From: Octopus sinensis
Taxonomy: Eukaryota
DNA length: 64,000 nucleotides
Direction of reading: 5' to 3'
Assembly (NCBI RefSeq): GCF_006345805.1
Contig: NC_043000.1
Coordinates: 164,238,001 to 164,302,000 of the forward strand
Part shown: positions 25,293-38,811 of the stretch, in pieces
How positions within the stretch are numbered: position 1 is the first letter of the stretch
Layout of the letters: the number at the start of each line of letters is the position of its first letter
Notes under the pieces: model-generated
Databases searched by the model: none
What the model was told of the DNA's origin: nothing
Seen by the model: the letters and a program-made list of their open reading frames with translations, nothing else
Translations under genes and position numbers: made by a program

Positions 25293-26528
25293 CAGACGTG
25301 ACAGAAGTAACTAGACACCCCATAAAACATCGTTTTATTTCAACTTGAAATGTTTTTTTATTTTTTATTAATGGACATTTCTTTATGTTTCAGGTTCTAT
25401 AGGTGACTGTTTAATCGTGCCGCGTACAAATGATGCCTTGGAGCTGTACAAATTTCAAACAGGCCGTGGTTGTAGATCATTCTGAAGGTGGACTTTGCGT
25501 AAAGTCACAGAAAACCTTGGGATCCCGCTTTCTACAGTTAATAGGGTGATTATGCAATTCACCAGACAGGAGAAGGAATCCACTTCACCTTGCCCAGGTC
25601 GACCAGGGCCCTCTGACAGGACCCTTTGCTTTGTTAAGTGTAGAGGATAATCCTCATCGCAAGGCCTCTGACGTAGCAGAACAAGTTGATGTCAATCTCA
25701 GAACAGCTGTCAGGTGTCTCCACAAACTTGGCTACTATGGTAGAGCAGCAGGAAGGAAGCCACTTCTTCAACCAGCCGATATCAAGTGGACAAAAGATTT
25801 TGGCTTGTGAGATGATGGAGTGGCCACTAGCATTTTGGGACATTGTCATATTCTATGATGAGTCCAGATTTCCTGTATTTTCTGACAAGGGTCGAGTGTG
25901 GGGGTGGATACACCGTGATCAAGAATTTGGCAAAAAGATTGCAGCCAACAATGGAACAAGGCAGCTATTCTATGATTGTCTGGGGAGCAACTTGGAGCAA
26001 TGATCAATCATAGCTGATGGAGTATGATGGAAAGATAAACTCAGATAAATGTGTCCATATTGCAGAAAGGACTCCTTCTAATCTTCTCCAATGGTGAAAT
26101 GATAAAAAAAGACTCTTTATTTATGGAAGATGGGACTCCTTGTCACACGGCTAAAAAGAGCCAAAATTGGTTGAAAAAGAATGGCATTAAAAAACTTCCA
26201 TAGCCAAGCCAGTCACCAGATATGAACCCTATTGAACACCTCTGGGGCGTAATGAACAGGACATTTCATAAAAAGAACAAGAAAGCATCCTCGAAGCCGG
26301 ATCTTTTGAGATTATTGCATGAAACTTGGCAAGAAATTCCCCTAGAGAATATTCGTCATCTGAACAGTAAACATGCCTAATAGGGAGGGTCCTTGGATTG
26401 AAAAAGGCAAAGGGCACGTGTACTAAATATTAGATATTCACATTACAATTAATAAATAATTTGAATGTATAATTTCAGATTCAAATAAATTTTAATGATT
26501 ATAAGGGTGTCTATTTACTTTTGTCATG

Positions 26529-26532
<4 letters not shown>
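25293..26532 (+). mobile_element. Decayed Tc1 transposon (DD34E)
   Basis: Imperfect TIRs (CGTGACAGAAGTAACTAGACACCC vs reverse complement of GGGTGTCTATTTACTTTTGTCATG). Remnants IFYDESRF and MEDGTPCH...P*PSQSPDMNPIE have 34 residues between D and E. Multiple stops and frameshifts. Confidence 0.9.
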
Positions 26533-26539
<7 letters not shown>

Positions 26540-26563
<24 letters not shown>

Positions 26564-27860
26564 TAGAGAAGAACCACCATGAAGCAATTCAACAGTGATA
26601 TACTTAAATCATACCATATAGAAAAAATTAAAGACACGATAAAACATTTACCTAAAACTAAATAGAGTACTAAATAATAAATAAATAGTATATAACTAGT
26701 AAATAGACTACACATGTTTCGTGGCTGTATTTTCAAATTGATAACAATAAAATCAATTCAATTTAAATATAGTCACTCATCAGGTCTAAGATAAAAACAA
26801 TAAATTAATCAAATAAATGTACGTATATTATCTTATAAGAAAAGATAAATATATATAAAAATACGTAATTTTACAATTAAAAAAATCGAACAAAATTCAA
26901 CAATATATCTTAAAATAAAAACATGACTTGTCTTATTGAATATATTCTGTTAACTAAATCTTTAAACTTAATACGTTGATAGGGGGAGTGAGCTCATGCA
27001 CGTCACAAACATCTAATCACTGTAAACAAATCATCGGTGCAGGTTGTAACAATAAATAGCGGATCGTCTGTCACAGACTCGAGTGACTACCAGAAGAAAA
27101 GGACTCTGTAGCGTTTTATCAAGTTTGAGAACGCCTTTTTTTAGTTTTTTTTTTTAGTTTTTTTTGTTCATATATTTTTGTGTAATGGAATGATGGTAGA
27201 CGAAATTGCTTGTTATGTGGCTATGCTAGTTACATGTGGGGAAAGGAATGTGGCGCGTGGAGCAAAACAAAAGTAATATCGTTTGCTTGGTGAGATATTT
27301 GGATGAATTGATGAGGTTTATTTAGAAAAGGAAGAGGGTGTATTTATAAACATAACACCTTTTGAGATATCAGTAATATTTTGCAACCAGTACATATTGT
27401 GTGCATTGAATGCTTTCTCATTGATATGATATCTCGTAGTTGAGTTTGCAGCTTGTTGGGAAGTTTCGGGTGAGATATGTATGTTTATTATGCTGTTTTT
27501 GCTTCGAATACCTGCATTTCAAGTGAGTCCTGTTACCTTAATTGCATTTAAGTGTCGTTCCTGCTATCTCTGTATTGGCGACTTGGCTTTTTATGTATGT
27601 TATATTCTCCAATCTGCTTTATCGCGTGTGTAATTCGAGATTGGCAAGAACATGTATTGGGGTTATCTTTGAAGTATCATTCCAATGTCACTGTCATATG
27701 TTATGGTGGAATTCCAAAATGTTTCTGTTGTATTGTGTTATTTGATTTACTATGGTTGGATTCCAACCCGGGTCGCGGCAACAAGGTCCACCCGCCACAC
27801 TTCTCAGTCTAACATCACTGCCTTGTGGTCCTGAATACATTCCAGGTCACAACGATTTTA
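26540..27860 (-). mobile_element. Decayed Penelope-like element with hammerhead in its 3' repeat
   Basis: Heavily eroded RT/GIY-YIG-like remnants on the minus strand. Its terminus resembles 8231-8271, it ends at (TA)n, and it contains a hammerhead core. Confidence 0.6.
26704..26788 (-). ncRNA. Type I hammerhead ribozyme, intact core
   Basis: Minus strand: TAGAC-CTGATGA-GTG...CAC-GAAA-CATGTG-TA-GTCTA. 5-bp stem I and a GUA triplet. Confidence 0.8.
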
Positions 27861-28366
27861 GAAGCTTGGGTGCTTTTTTAAGGAAAACAGTGTTTTAGTT
27901 ATAAGGTTTCGTATTTGTGCACACTTAGGAAAATGTTTGTGTGTTGAGCTTAGATGCGTGTGTGCGAGGGGGGTTTGGGTAGTTGTGTGTGTGTGCGTGC
28001 GTGTGTGTGCGTGCGTGTGTGTGCGTGAGTATGTGTGTGTGCGTGCGTGTGTGTGTGTGATTATCGTATTCCACCACAAGTGAATTGCAATTGAAAGCTA
28101 CGGAAAAAACAGAAAGAAATCCAACGAACACCAACCTTCTGGAGACTGACATAAGAGATGTTACTTGTCCAATGGATAAATCTTCGTAATCAATTTTTCC
28201 ATATCTCTCGTAATACTTTTCTTTTTCCCGATACACATGCGTGCGCACGCAGTCTCTACACCTTTAACATCGTAAATGTTTCTCTCTTTCTCTTTCTCCC
28301 ACCTTTCTTCTCTCTCTTTCTCTTTCTCCCAACTTTCTTCTCTGTCTTTCTCTGTCTCTGTCTCTG

Positions 28367-28426
<60 letters not shown>

Positions 28427-28710
28427 CTTTACACTTAATTAACTCCTGTAAAGCCATTAAGTAAACTTTATTATTATAACTGCTATTGATGACGAGGATG
28501 GTGAAGAGGAAGAAGAGGAGGAGAATGGGCGGAGTTCTAAAACAATGAAGTAAAACAAATAGATTCTTTTGTGTAACATAATAAACATGGTGGTGGTGGT
28601 GGTGGTGGTGGTGGTGATTATGGAGACTGTATGATTGATTTCGACATCGTTTAATTTTCAGATTATTTATCTGTGTACGGAGGACATATTATTTATCAAA
28701 GAAACACAAG

Positions 28711-28741
<31 letters not shown>

Positions 28742-29024
28742 CTTCTTCTCTTCTTCTTCTTCTTCTTCTTCTTCATCATCATCTTCTTCTTCTTCTTCTT
28801 CTTCTTCTTCTTCTTCTTCTTCTTCTTCTTCTTCTTCTTCTTCTTCTTCTTCTTCTTCTTCTTCTTCTTTGATCCAAGGTGCTTGAAAACGCTAACATCC
28901 GAATTTATCATCATTCTGTGAACTCTACGCTAGATTACTTGTCAATTCAGACACTCAACAATTCACATAGATCCTTGCCATATTAACGAAGCTAAAGCAC
29001 GCAGAGTCAAGCTGCTTAGTACAA

Positions 29025-29390
29025 ATTGACCTTGAACTCTGCTGTGCATGCGCACTAAGTTTTAACATTCTAGCTCACTTCCGCTGTTTACAGCAGTGCT
29101 TGGAAAGAAAGTGTGTAGCATGTGATCATCACATTGACCATGACAGAGAAAGTTGTCCTGGCGATACCTGCTCAGAGGCCGATGCAAAGTTGCAGAAAGT
29201 GTATGGAGAGGAGTGTATGAGCCGCACACAAGAGTACGGGTGGTTCAGATGTTTCCAAGATGACCGAAAAAATGTCGATATTGACGAACGTTCTTAGAGA
29301 CCCTCAACCAGTAGATCGTTCTTTGAAAAATATAAAATCCTTAAGTTATTTAAGCAGAGGGTAACAGTTGTAAGACAGCAAGGAGTGAAG
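29025..29390 (+). mobile_element. mariner transposase N-terminal remnant
   Basis: Translates KLQKVYGEECMSRTQEYGWFRCFQDDRKNVDIDERS*RPST, the mariner HTH region. Confidence 0.8.
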
Positions 29391-32300
29391 TCTATATACA
29401 TTTGTCTGGGAACAGGGGGTGCTAGGGTTGCACTTGTACCCCCTAAAATTTTGTGGGGAGCACAAAATTCAATATTGCACCCCCTACTTGGAAAATAGTG
29501 TTTAAAAATTGATACGTAAAAAGTTGGTTGAAGTTAGGTTTCTTCACAAAATAAGAACAATGAACTAAAATAAATAAAAAGAAAATCCCCGTTAACTCCC
29601 TAGAAAGATATATTACTGAACTAAAGAACCCTCAACATTAAAATTAAAATTATATGTATACAACAACCACGGCCACTCTCTCAATACTAGCACAACTGAT
29701 GAACTATTAAACTCTTCAATTAAGGAACTCTTCACAGTTCAGCTATCCTCTTCCTCATTTCTTTGGAATACCACAAGTGGCCCATCACCATCATTGTTTT
29801 CTTGTTCTACTACTCCCCTTACCCCAACGTTTCGGTGTATTATTGGTAATTATTTTTCCTGCCCTTGGAAAGACGAAAGCCAAATTTTAGTCAGAAGAGG
29901 CAGTTAAATCAGAATGTATAAATGCGTAACTAAATACTGTTAGACAAGCATTTAAGCGAACAGCTTTTCTAGTTCTGTCACCCACCGTCTTAACAATAAT
30001 AATAAGGATTTTTAACATTCAACTGGTTAGGGATGCAGCAATTAAATCGACAGTAGTAGTGAACTGGTTCTTATTTCTTTGATACTTTATAACAGTTGTT
30101 CTTACCCTTTCTCCCTCTCTCTCTCTCCTTTTTTTTTGGTTTTTTTTTGTAGTGCCTCTTATTCAGTAGTTGTTATGCCTAACGCCCACCTAAGTGGCGA
30201 GTGAGATATTAAACTAACTTAACATGGATGATAATTGATAATTTTTACTCAAAAACATAGATTATATAAGCTTTTAATAGTGAATTGATAGAAAATTAAT
30301 AAAGACAAGAGTTGTAAATTTACTTTATACATCGCAAGTTAATAATTTCCCTGCGCCTGATGAGATCTCGCTAAATTTTCCATATCAGGTTTAATGTTAG
30401 TCAAAAGAAAACATAAGTCTCCTTTTTGACTTACTGCAAATTTATTTCGTTGTTTAGTCAGCAACTGCGACACCGCATTGAATCTTTTCTGTACTAAATA
30501 TGATGTAGGAAACGCAATGAACAGTATTTTTATTTTTTACCAAAGTTGATAATACTTGTATTGCATTTTGAGCCAGAATGATTCATAATCAAGCTGTTGA
30601 AAATATACTTGAGCTTCGAAATCATTTTTAAGTCGATAATTTCTTCATGTAAACTTGGTTGAGCAGAAGTATAGTATATTTGGATCTTCTCACTTTTATC
30701 GGCAGATCGAGAAATTAATTTTTTCAACTAAACACTTTCAAACTTCGGACACTAGTAGAATGTATCATATAAAACATATTTTACTCTTAACGTTGTTGAG
30801 AAAAGTTTCTATTTACGAAGTCATTTCGTGTTAAAGTTGTCGTATTTCGGTAATTTCAACCAGTCAATGACGTGTATTCAGCTGAATAAAATTACAGCCG
30901 TTGTTTGTCAACAACAACTTCCGGCGTAATAGATGGCAACTGACTTTGCCATCTATTACTCATAACCATCACAATGTAGAATGAATTTCAACATTGATAC
31001 AAGGCTACAAATTTGTGAGGGGAGAGAGGGAGAGGGGGAGAGCAGTCGATTAATTCAACCCAGTACTTGAGTGAAACTTATTGACGTCGATAAGATTAAA
31101 GACAACCACCACCACGGTTGAATTTGAACTCAGAAAAATGAGCGTAACCATATGCACCAGACATTTCTCCGGCACTTTCATAATAATTATTTTTAAAATC
31201 CTCACTTAAGCACAGGTGCAACATGTTTTGATAGGAAAGATATAATTGACTAATGCATTTGACTATTTACTTTATTTAATCGACCCCAAGAAAATGAAGA
31301 ACAAAGTCGACTCCGGCAGGACTTGCAATCAGAACGCAAAAAGATGTAAGTGTATTACGCAAGGCTGTTTACCCACGAGTGTGAGGATAACAATAATGAT
31401 TTGATTATATCAATTACTATACTATAAACACTTCTTCACATAATGAATTTTGCATCAAGTTAAACACGCACTGTTAATATGTATTTTATTCATTTATTGA
31501 ATGATTTAAATACTTGATTATATATACAATCACATGGGTTTCACATCGATTTCTTGTCACAAGTGTGTACAGAAGGTGAGCAGTAGCCTTTGTCGGAAAT
31601 TACAGTTGTAGAGATCCTGTTGAAATACGCTTTCTCCAACCGTTTGAATCCAAGTCAACGTGGAGGCCTCTATTTCATCACGTGACTTTTAAAATAACAG
31701 CTAAATTTCCTTTAAATCAAACCCTTTGAGGAAATGGTTGGGTGTTATTTCTAGGAGACTATTTTTATGAATAAATGTGATGGGATAATCACACTTTGAA
31801 CTCAATTGATCATGGTTCTGACTGGCTTTATACTTCTAGAATTAGCAAGTAAATCTTCGTCAAATCAAGGACAAAATACAAAGCGAAAACAAGAAACAGT
31901 GTTACAGAGATCAACAACAACAACAATTGCAACTGCTACAACAACGACAATAGCAACAACAGCAGCAACAAGAAGAAATTGACAATGATTTATTGAGTTT
32001 GCTACGATGAAGGATCAGGGCGTGATACAATGGAAGATTAGGCTATATCAATGCTAATTGGCTCGCTGAATAAAAGAGGGAGAGAGAGGGGGAGTGAGAG
32101 AGGGGGTGAGAGAGGGAGAGAGAGGGAGAGAGGGAGAGAGAGGGGCGAATACTTTGCGACAAGGCTTTCTTTAAAAGGTATCAAGTTCTCTAATCATGAG
32201 TTTGGTGTTCAAATCTCCTACGAACATTATACTCTGTTTCTGAGCAACACATTTAAATCAATAAAACCCGTGTTACTCTAGTTATCAGGAAGAGACACCA

Positions 32301-32569
32301 GATCATCTCCGAATGTTGTCTGTGATATTATGGTGCTTTAACCAGTGACCCGGTAAGAATATTCTAAAGGTTGGTACTTATATCTTGTTTTCCGTAATTT
32401 TAGATATTACTGTTTACATTATTGAATTATACCCAACAGTAAAAAATACCTATGACTAGTGCCGGGTGAATTTTAAAATGTTCAGAATTTATGGATAGGG
32501 TGCAATACCCTTAGTCGAGACAAACCACTGATCGCTTGTTTGATTTTCTCTCACTCATCTATTCTGAAT

Positions 32570-32619
<50 letters not shown>

Positions 32620-32639
32620 CATATATATTTTATATGTAT

Positions 32640-33800
32640 ATATAACTACAAATTCATACGCATGTGTGTGTGTGTGTGTGTGTATATATATGTATTCATT
32701 TGAAAGATATTTTCTTTAATTATAAATTGATGATTATGCAAAAGAGTCTCATAAGAAATGCAGATTAAAACAAAGCTGATAGAATGAAATATTTTGTGTA
32801 AGCACTTTTCGCTGTATTTAGTTTTTCAAGCACACGTATTCTAAGGTAATCCGTATAGTAGTAATTGTTTTCAATTGCAATTTAGTTTCGGTTTTAGAAT
32901 CTTCATAAAACTTCTTTTTTTTTTAGTGCTTTATAAAACTTTTCTTTTTTTGAGTGCATCTTTTTGGGGGAGAGCTTTCGTAATTGATCGATTTTTCCTT
33001 TACTTTGAAAACTGGGTATATTTTTAATTTTAGTTTTGCACAAATATTAAGTTGTTCACTACATGGAACACTCCTAATAGATGAAGCGTTGTTTTGTTGT
33101 TTATGTACCCTGACACAGTCCATTAATTGGTTTCCTGTTTGGCTGATATAGTTCTTATTGCATTGTGTACATGTGATGCCGTAAAAGAGATTTTTTTTCT
33201 TTCGCAAATCATATTTGCTCGAATTTCCTTCCATTCTTGAATTTTTTGGGGGGTGGGGGTTTACCCTGTTCAGTCAACCTACACGTCCCGCAACATTTTG
33301 TCACTAATATCCCCCACCACCACCGAAGTGAATTCTGTCTTTGTTAAGAGTTTTATAAGTTGTGGCAGTTGTCTTCAGCTGTTGGACATTTGTGACTTAA
33401 ATCATTTTTCTAAGATTTAATGGCTGATATAGAACTGGAATATATTGTTCGGTCGAATATTAGATCTGGTTTCTGGGATTTGGAGGGATTTCAAATAGAA
33501 TATTTCTGTCTGCATCTTCCTCATCGTTGTAAGAGTTTTCCCTAAAGTTTGGGATTAGGATTCGTTTTTCTTTGATTGTGGTATTATTTACTAAGATTTT
33601 CGGATATGTTTGTCTCTAGAAGAATATTTTTAGTTCTAACAGATGTTCTCTCATTGACTTCTTTTCTGAAGATTACTAAAGTCCTACTTTCAGAAGAGAG
33701 ATTTCAGCTCCAAACGTCAAAAACACTTCCATTTTCCTAATCTCTGACCGTCAGACCTATAATTACACCTTGTTTTTCATTTTATCTTCCGTATTGTTAT
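32640..33800 (-). mobile_element. Decayed Penelope-like element
   Basis: GIY-YIG remnant NLFYGITCTQCNKNYISQTGNQLMDCVRVHKQQ at 32923-33234. Boundaries approximate. Confidence 0.75.
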
Positions 33801-33849
33801 TCTTGTAGCTAATCTTCAATAGACAGACAGACAGACAGACAGACAGACT

Positions 33850-33889
<40 letters not shown>

Positions 33890-34859
33890 TAGATAGATAG
33901 ATAGACAGGCTTTGAATCAATGATTAGGATTGAATTTTATAAGTATTATTAGTATTATGAATCCGATACGTTAGCTAAATTGTCAGAGTGTCGGACGAAC
34001 TGTTTTGAGGTATTTAGTTTCGACCTGAAGTATTTAGTTACGTCCCGAGTTCAACTCCCACCTTTGCCTTTCATCCTCTCAGGAGCGGTAAAATAAAATA
34101 CCAGTCAAGTACTGGGTGCGTTGTAAACTGCGGACACTGTGCCTAAATTAGAAACAATTATTTTTTTGTATTACCTTTCAGCCGAAAACTGAAGCTTTGG
34201 ATTTGCTTGTATCAGATTCCGAGCAATAACGCCGACTTATTCCACTCCATGCCTGTCTTTCATTAGAAGTTTTGTTATTTTCTCATACTAAAACATGAAA
34301 ACAGTGTCAGAGGTGTCAACTAGTCTCATTTTATCAAGCTCTGTAATGAAATCGATGTTAATGAATTGAAAGCAGTGATGAGGATATGGTGACGGTGTTG
34401 GACTATAATGGTTGTCACAGTGATATTTGGAGATGGTTATTATAGTGATGGTAGGAGACAAGGTGAGTCTGGTCGGAGTTATGGGAGTGTTATTTATAGT
34501 GGTAGTGGTGGTGGTGGCGGCTGCGACGGTGGTCGTTGTAATGGTCTATGTGTTGCTTATGATAATGCTGATGCTGATAAAGATGATAATTATAATTATG
34601 CTGGTGGTAGTAGGGGTGGTGGTAGTAGGGGTGGTGGTAGTAGGGGTGGTGGTGTCGCTGCTGCAGCTGCTGTTACTGCGAGTAGTGTCAGAGGTTGTCA
34701 ATGTTGTTTAACCGAGAAGAACGAGGTAATACACGTCAAGTGCCTACAATGGACACAAGAAGCAGGCGAGGATTTACTGCACTTAAGAATGTCGGACTGG
34801 ATGTAGAGATGAGCGGCATGGTAATCCCTGCACCAGGGAAAAGTCTCGAGACCAGATCT

Positions 34860-35270
34860 TAGTGCCTGAGTGGAAAGTAGCTTGCTTACCAACCACATGG
34901 TTCCGGGTTCAGTCCCACTGCGTGGCACCTTGGGCAAGTGTCTTCTACTATAGCCTCGGGCCGACCAAAGCCTTGTAAGTAGATTTGGTAGACGGAAACT
35001 GAAAGAAGCCCATAGTATTTGTGTGTGTGTGTGTGTGTGTGTGTCTGTGTCTGTGTCTGTGTCTGTGTGTGTCTGTGTTTTCCCCCAGCATCGCTTGACA
35101 ACCGATGGTGGTGTGTTTACGTCCCCGTAACTTAGCGTTTCGGCAAAAGAGACCGATAGAATAAGTACTAGGCTTCCAAAGAATAAGTCCTGGGGTCGAT
35201 TTGCTCGACTAAAGGCGGTGCTCCAGTATAGCCGCAGTCAAATGACTGAAACAAGTAAAAGAGTAAAATT
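34860..35270 (+). mobile_element. tRNA-derived SINE family B (internal (GT)n)
   Basis: Contains GGTTCCGGGTTCAGTCCCACTGCGTGGCACCTTGGGCAAG, internal (GT)n, and 3' GCAGTCAAATGACTGAAACAAGTAAAAG. Other copies at 5705-6050 (+), 46040-46420 (-), 58985-59375 (-), 61010-61385 (+); fragments at 9300-9560, 14195-14345 and 17625-17735. Confidence 0.85.
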
Positions 35271-35947
35271 GCATCATTAAAGATGGAACAGGTTCACAGT
35301 GCAGATTATATGGAAAATATGAAGAAATAATCGATCATATTTTCCCTGGATGCCCGGATTTGGCAAAAATTGGAAACCTCCAAGACATTACAAGGTAACT
35401 GCATGACTGTACTTGAAAATATTTAGGAAATACAAGTTGAAGACAAATTAGAAGTGGTATGATCATCAGTCAAACATAGTGACTGGCAACAACGTTGTGG
35501 CCATCTTCTGGGAAACGTCCATTCATACAAATAGAGAGACAAAAGCCAGCAGCCGGATATTGTTATGAAAGAGAGAAACTAAGAGATGCATACTTACCTA
35601 TATTGCATCTCCATCCGAAAGAAACAATTCTGTGAAAGTTACAGAGAAAGTAATCAAGTACAAAATGTACCAAATCTGGAGATTGAAGCCCGAAGTAATA
35701 ACTGGTTATCAGAGCTATCGGAGCCATGATGAACGGAACGGAAAAGCTCGCTGCTAATACCTCAGGCAACATAAGTATCTACGCTGCCCAGAAGATCGCC
35801 TAACTGGGAATACCCCCGCATGCTAAAAAGAATCAATCGAGTGATTGATCGATGCTCCGAACTTATTCGTAGCGCCACAGGATTATAGTTAGAATTGGCC
35901 CTAGTGGATATAAAACGATAAAATCAACACCAATCAACAACAATAAC

Positions 35948-36015
<68 letters not shown>

Positions 36016-36020
36016 CAATA

Positions 36021-36088
<68 letters not shown>
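35270..36088 (+). mobile_element. Decayed R4/Dong-like RLE retrotransposon 3' part with (AAT)n tail
   Basis: Remnants CRLYGKYEEIIDHIFPGCP and PDIVMKE. Ends in a long AAT/AAC tract at 35935-36088. Confidence 0.7.
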
Positions 36089-36089
<1 letters not shown>

Positions 36090-36347
36090 CTCTTCTACTA
36101 TAAGCAGAAGGCCTGAATAATTCCTCGAGCCTCAAAGGATGAAAGAAAAAAAGGCTAAAGTGAAGATCAAATAAATAGTGCGTGTTTATCGGTAAAATGA
36201 TTATCCCCGAATATAACAATATCTGTTTCAGCACACGATTTCACATCAGGAATCTTGCAAGATAAATACATAAATGTAACAACTAATTAAATCAAATTCA
36301 TGTCTTTTTTTTATATATAAATTAGTTTATTGCTTGTTTTATTTTTC

Positions 36348-36602
36348 CTATTGACATCGTCTAATATTTATTTGACCTTTCCAATCAGCAGAGTTCATTG
36401 TAAAAGAATCTTCATGATTAAAGGATTCGAGACGGAAAGAGAAATAGTTCTTTAAGAGGATGTTGAAGGCTGATTCCTCGTAATAATGGCAGTTGGCGTA
36501 AGTGTCTTTCTTCATTGGGAACTCGCATTGTTGCCGAGATCCCGTCGGTGCTAAACACTCTTTCTCCAACGAACACAATATAAGCCATTTGAAAAGATTT
36601 TC
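36348..36602 (-). CDS. DUF1647-family protein, last exon
   Basis: ttgcag|GAA AAT CTT...TAG. Translates KWLILCSLEKECLAPTGSRQQC...CHYYEESAFNILL, resembling the DUF1647 WxLCALxxxCxAP and CHRYDQS motifs. AATAAA follows just downstream of the stop. Confidence 0.9.
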   Translation of the reverse strand, partial: ENLFKWLILCSLEKECLAPTGSRQQCEFPMKKDTYANCHYYEESAFNILLKNYFSFRLESFNHEDSFTMNSADWKGQINIRRCQ

Positions 36603-38195
36603 CTGCAAGATTTAAATAAAAAGAAAAATGCTGTTAAAAATTGATGAACTGTGTAGTACTTAAATTGTGATTATATTTTTCTTATTTACCAAAGGTCATT
36701 TACAGAAATAATTTTGAAGTTCTAAATAGATTGGACCAGTGATACTGAAGCTGGTTTTTTCCCCATTAGCACTAGATTCTACTTTGTAAAGACAGGCATG
36801 GACGATTAAATCAACCGTAGTATATAACTGTCATTCATTTGATCGACCTCAGAAAAGCAAAAGATTAAGTCGGATCCACTTTTATTTCTAACTTCGAAAT
36901 TCACAAACTCTCCCTTCGCTGTTGATTATAATAAGGCCATCGGAACAGCAGAATTGTTGCGTTTCGAATAAGTGACAAGCGATATTTGTCCTAGCGATTT
37001 ACGTTCTGAGTGCGAACTCCACTGAATTCAATTTTGCCTTTTATCTTTTCAAGTTCTACAAAATGAAATAGCAGTGAAGTACTGAAGTCGATTTCATTGA
37101 TTGACCCCTTCTCCCAAATTTCTGGCTTTGTACCTATGCCAGAAAGTATTTATTTTAATGATTTCTTATACAGACACAAGACCTCGAGTTAACTTTAGAT
37201 AAATGGTCATTCAAATCACTTCCGGTATTTGACTTGTACACCTATTATGAAGCTGCACAAGAATAAAAGACAAGGTTGAGCCGGACTGGATTTGAACTCA
37301 GAGCGTAAAAGAGAATAACTCACGAGTGCAAGTATTGTTAGTGTTTGTTTTAAACCGTCACTCCAACAATCCGACTATCTTTCACTCACTTAATGATTTC
37401 AAGGCAATACATTTTAGAGCAAGTCACAGTTAATTTAATCGAACTCGATTTTTGACTGTATAGCATTCACTTCGAGTCTCTACTGCGCCTAGCAATCTAG
37501 AGCCGTCATTATTCTATCAACGAATAACAATTTCTGAACTCGGCACAATATCACCAAATATTAAGGGTGTTTTCCATTATATTAGACCGAGTATTTCACA
37601 AGTATTTATTTTCCAGCCAGATTTGAACGCTAAATACAAAAGGATTTAATTGAAGAGTTAAGAAAGTTTATCTGCCGTTCTATTAATTCTACCGATCGTC
37701 TTCTTTAATAATTATGATAATAATCAGTTGTAGTTTAGATACAAGGGCAGCGAGTTCGAAGAGGGGAAATTAATCGATTACATTGGTCCCAGTGTGTGAC
37801 TGATACTTTATTTTATCGACTCAGGAAGGATAAAAGGTAGTGACCACCAGCGCGGAATTTGAATAATTATAAACCTAATTGTCTCTGACTAACCCCTACC
37901 GCTCAATAATTTTGAGAGGTAGAGATTAGTTGATACCAACTATCTCAGTACTTGATTGGTACTTTATTTTATCGACCCCCGAAGGGATTAAAAGGCCAAG
38001 TATTTGGACCATTATAATCATTTCTAACAATACGAAACTAACAGGGTATAGAAAGACATTTTTATATCCTCAAAAGACAACGCTGCTCACACCTGAGGAA
38101 CACATTAATGCACCTGATGGTGTAAGTAAAAACTGTTGAAGAAGAAGAAGAAGAAGAAGAAGAAGAAGAAGAAGAAGAAGAAGAAGAAGAAGAAG

Positions 38196-38266
<71 letters not shown>

Positions 38267-38275
38267 ATGACCTAC

Positions 38276-38530
38276 CTGAATTTCGTGCGTGTTGTGAATA
38301 ATAAGGACCCTCATATTCAGATGACTAGATTCCATAAGCTTCGTCATATCCGTTGGAATATAGGAGTACATATTGGGGTGTGTCACAGAAAACGTAGAAT
38401 ACTGCTTCCGGGTAGATAAGACTACAAAACCCGACTGTTCAGCATCGGTCAGTAAAGGTTCGAAGTGACTGCTTACCAGCCTTGCTGTTGGGTCAATCCA
38501 CATAACGAGGCCAAATTCTGCCAAGGCCAT
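38276..38530 (-). CDS. DUF1647-family protein, exon 5
   Basis: ttcaag|ATG GCC TTG...ATT CAG|gtaggt. Translates MALAEFGLVMWIDPTARL...LIIHNTHEIQ. 255 nt. Confidence 0.9.
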
Positions 38531-38607
38531 CTTGAAACATAGAATTATGGAAAAATGGATATATGAAATAAATATATATGTAGGATTTGTCAACAATCAA
38601 AGCGACA

Positions 38608-38811
<204 letters not shown>

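Noticed and set aside
30355-30380. Hammerhead at CTGATGAGATCTCG
   Set aside because: The GAAA is missing and the flanking stems do not pair.
34408-34806. Gly-rich protein ORF
   Set aside because: Degenerate GGT/TAG/GAT triplet repeats that are open in several frames, with no splice support.
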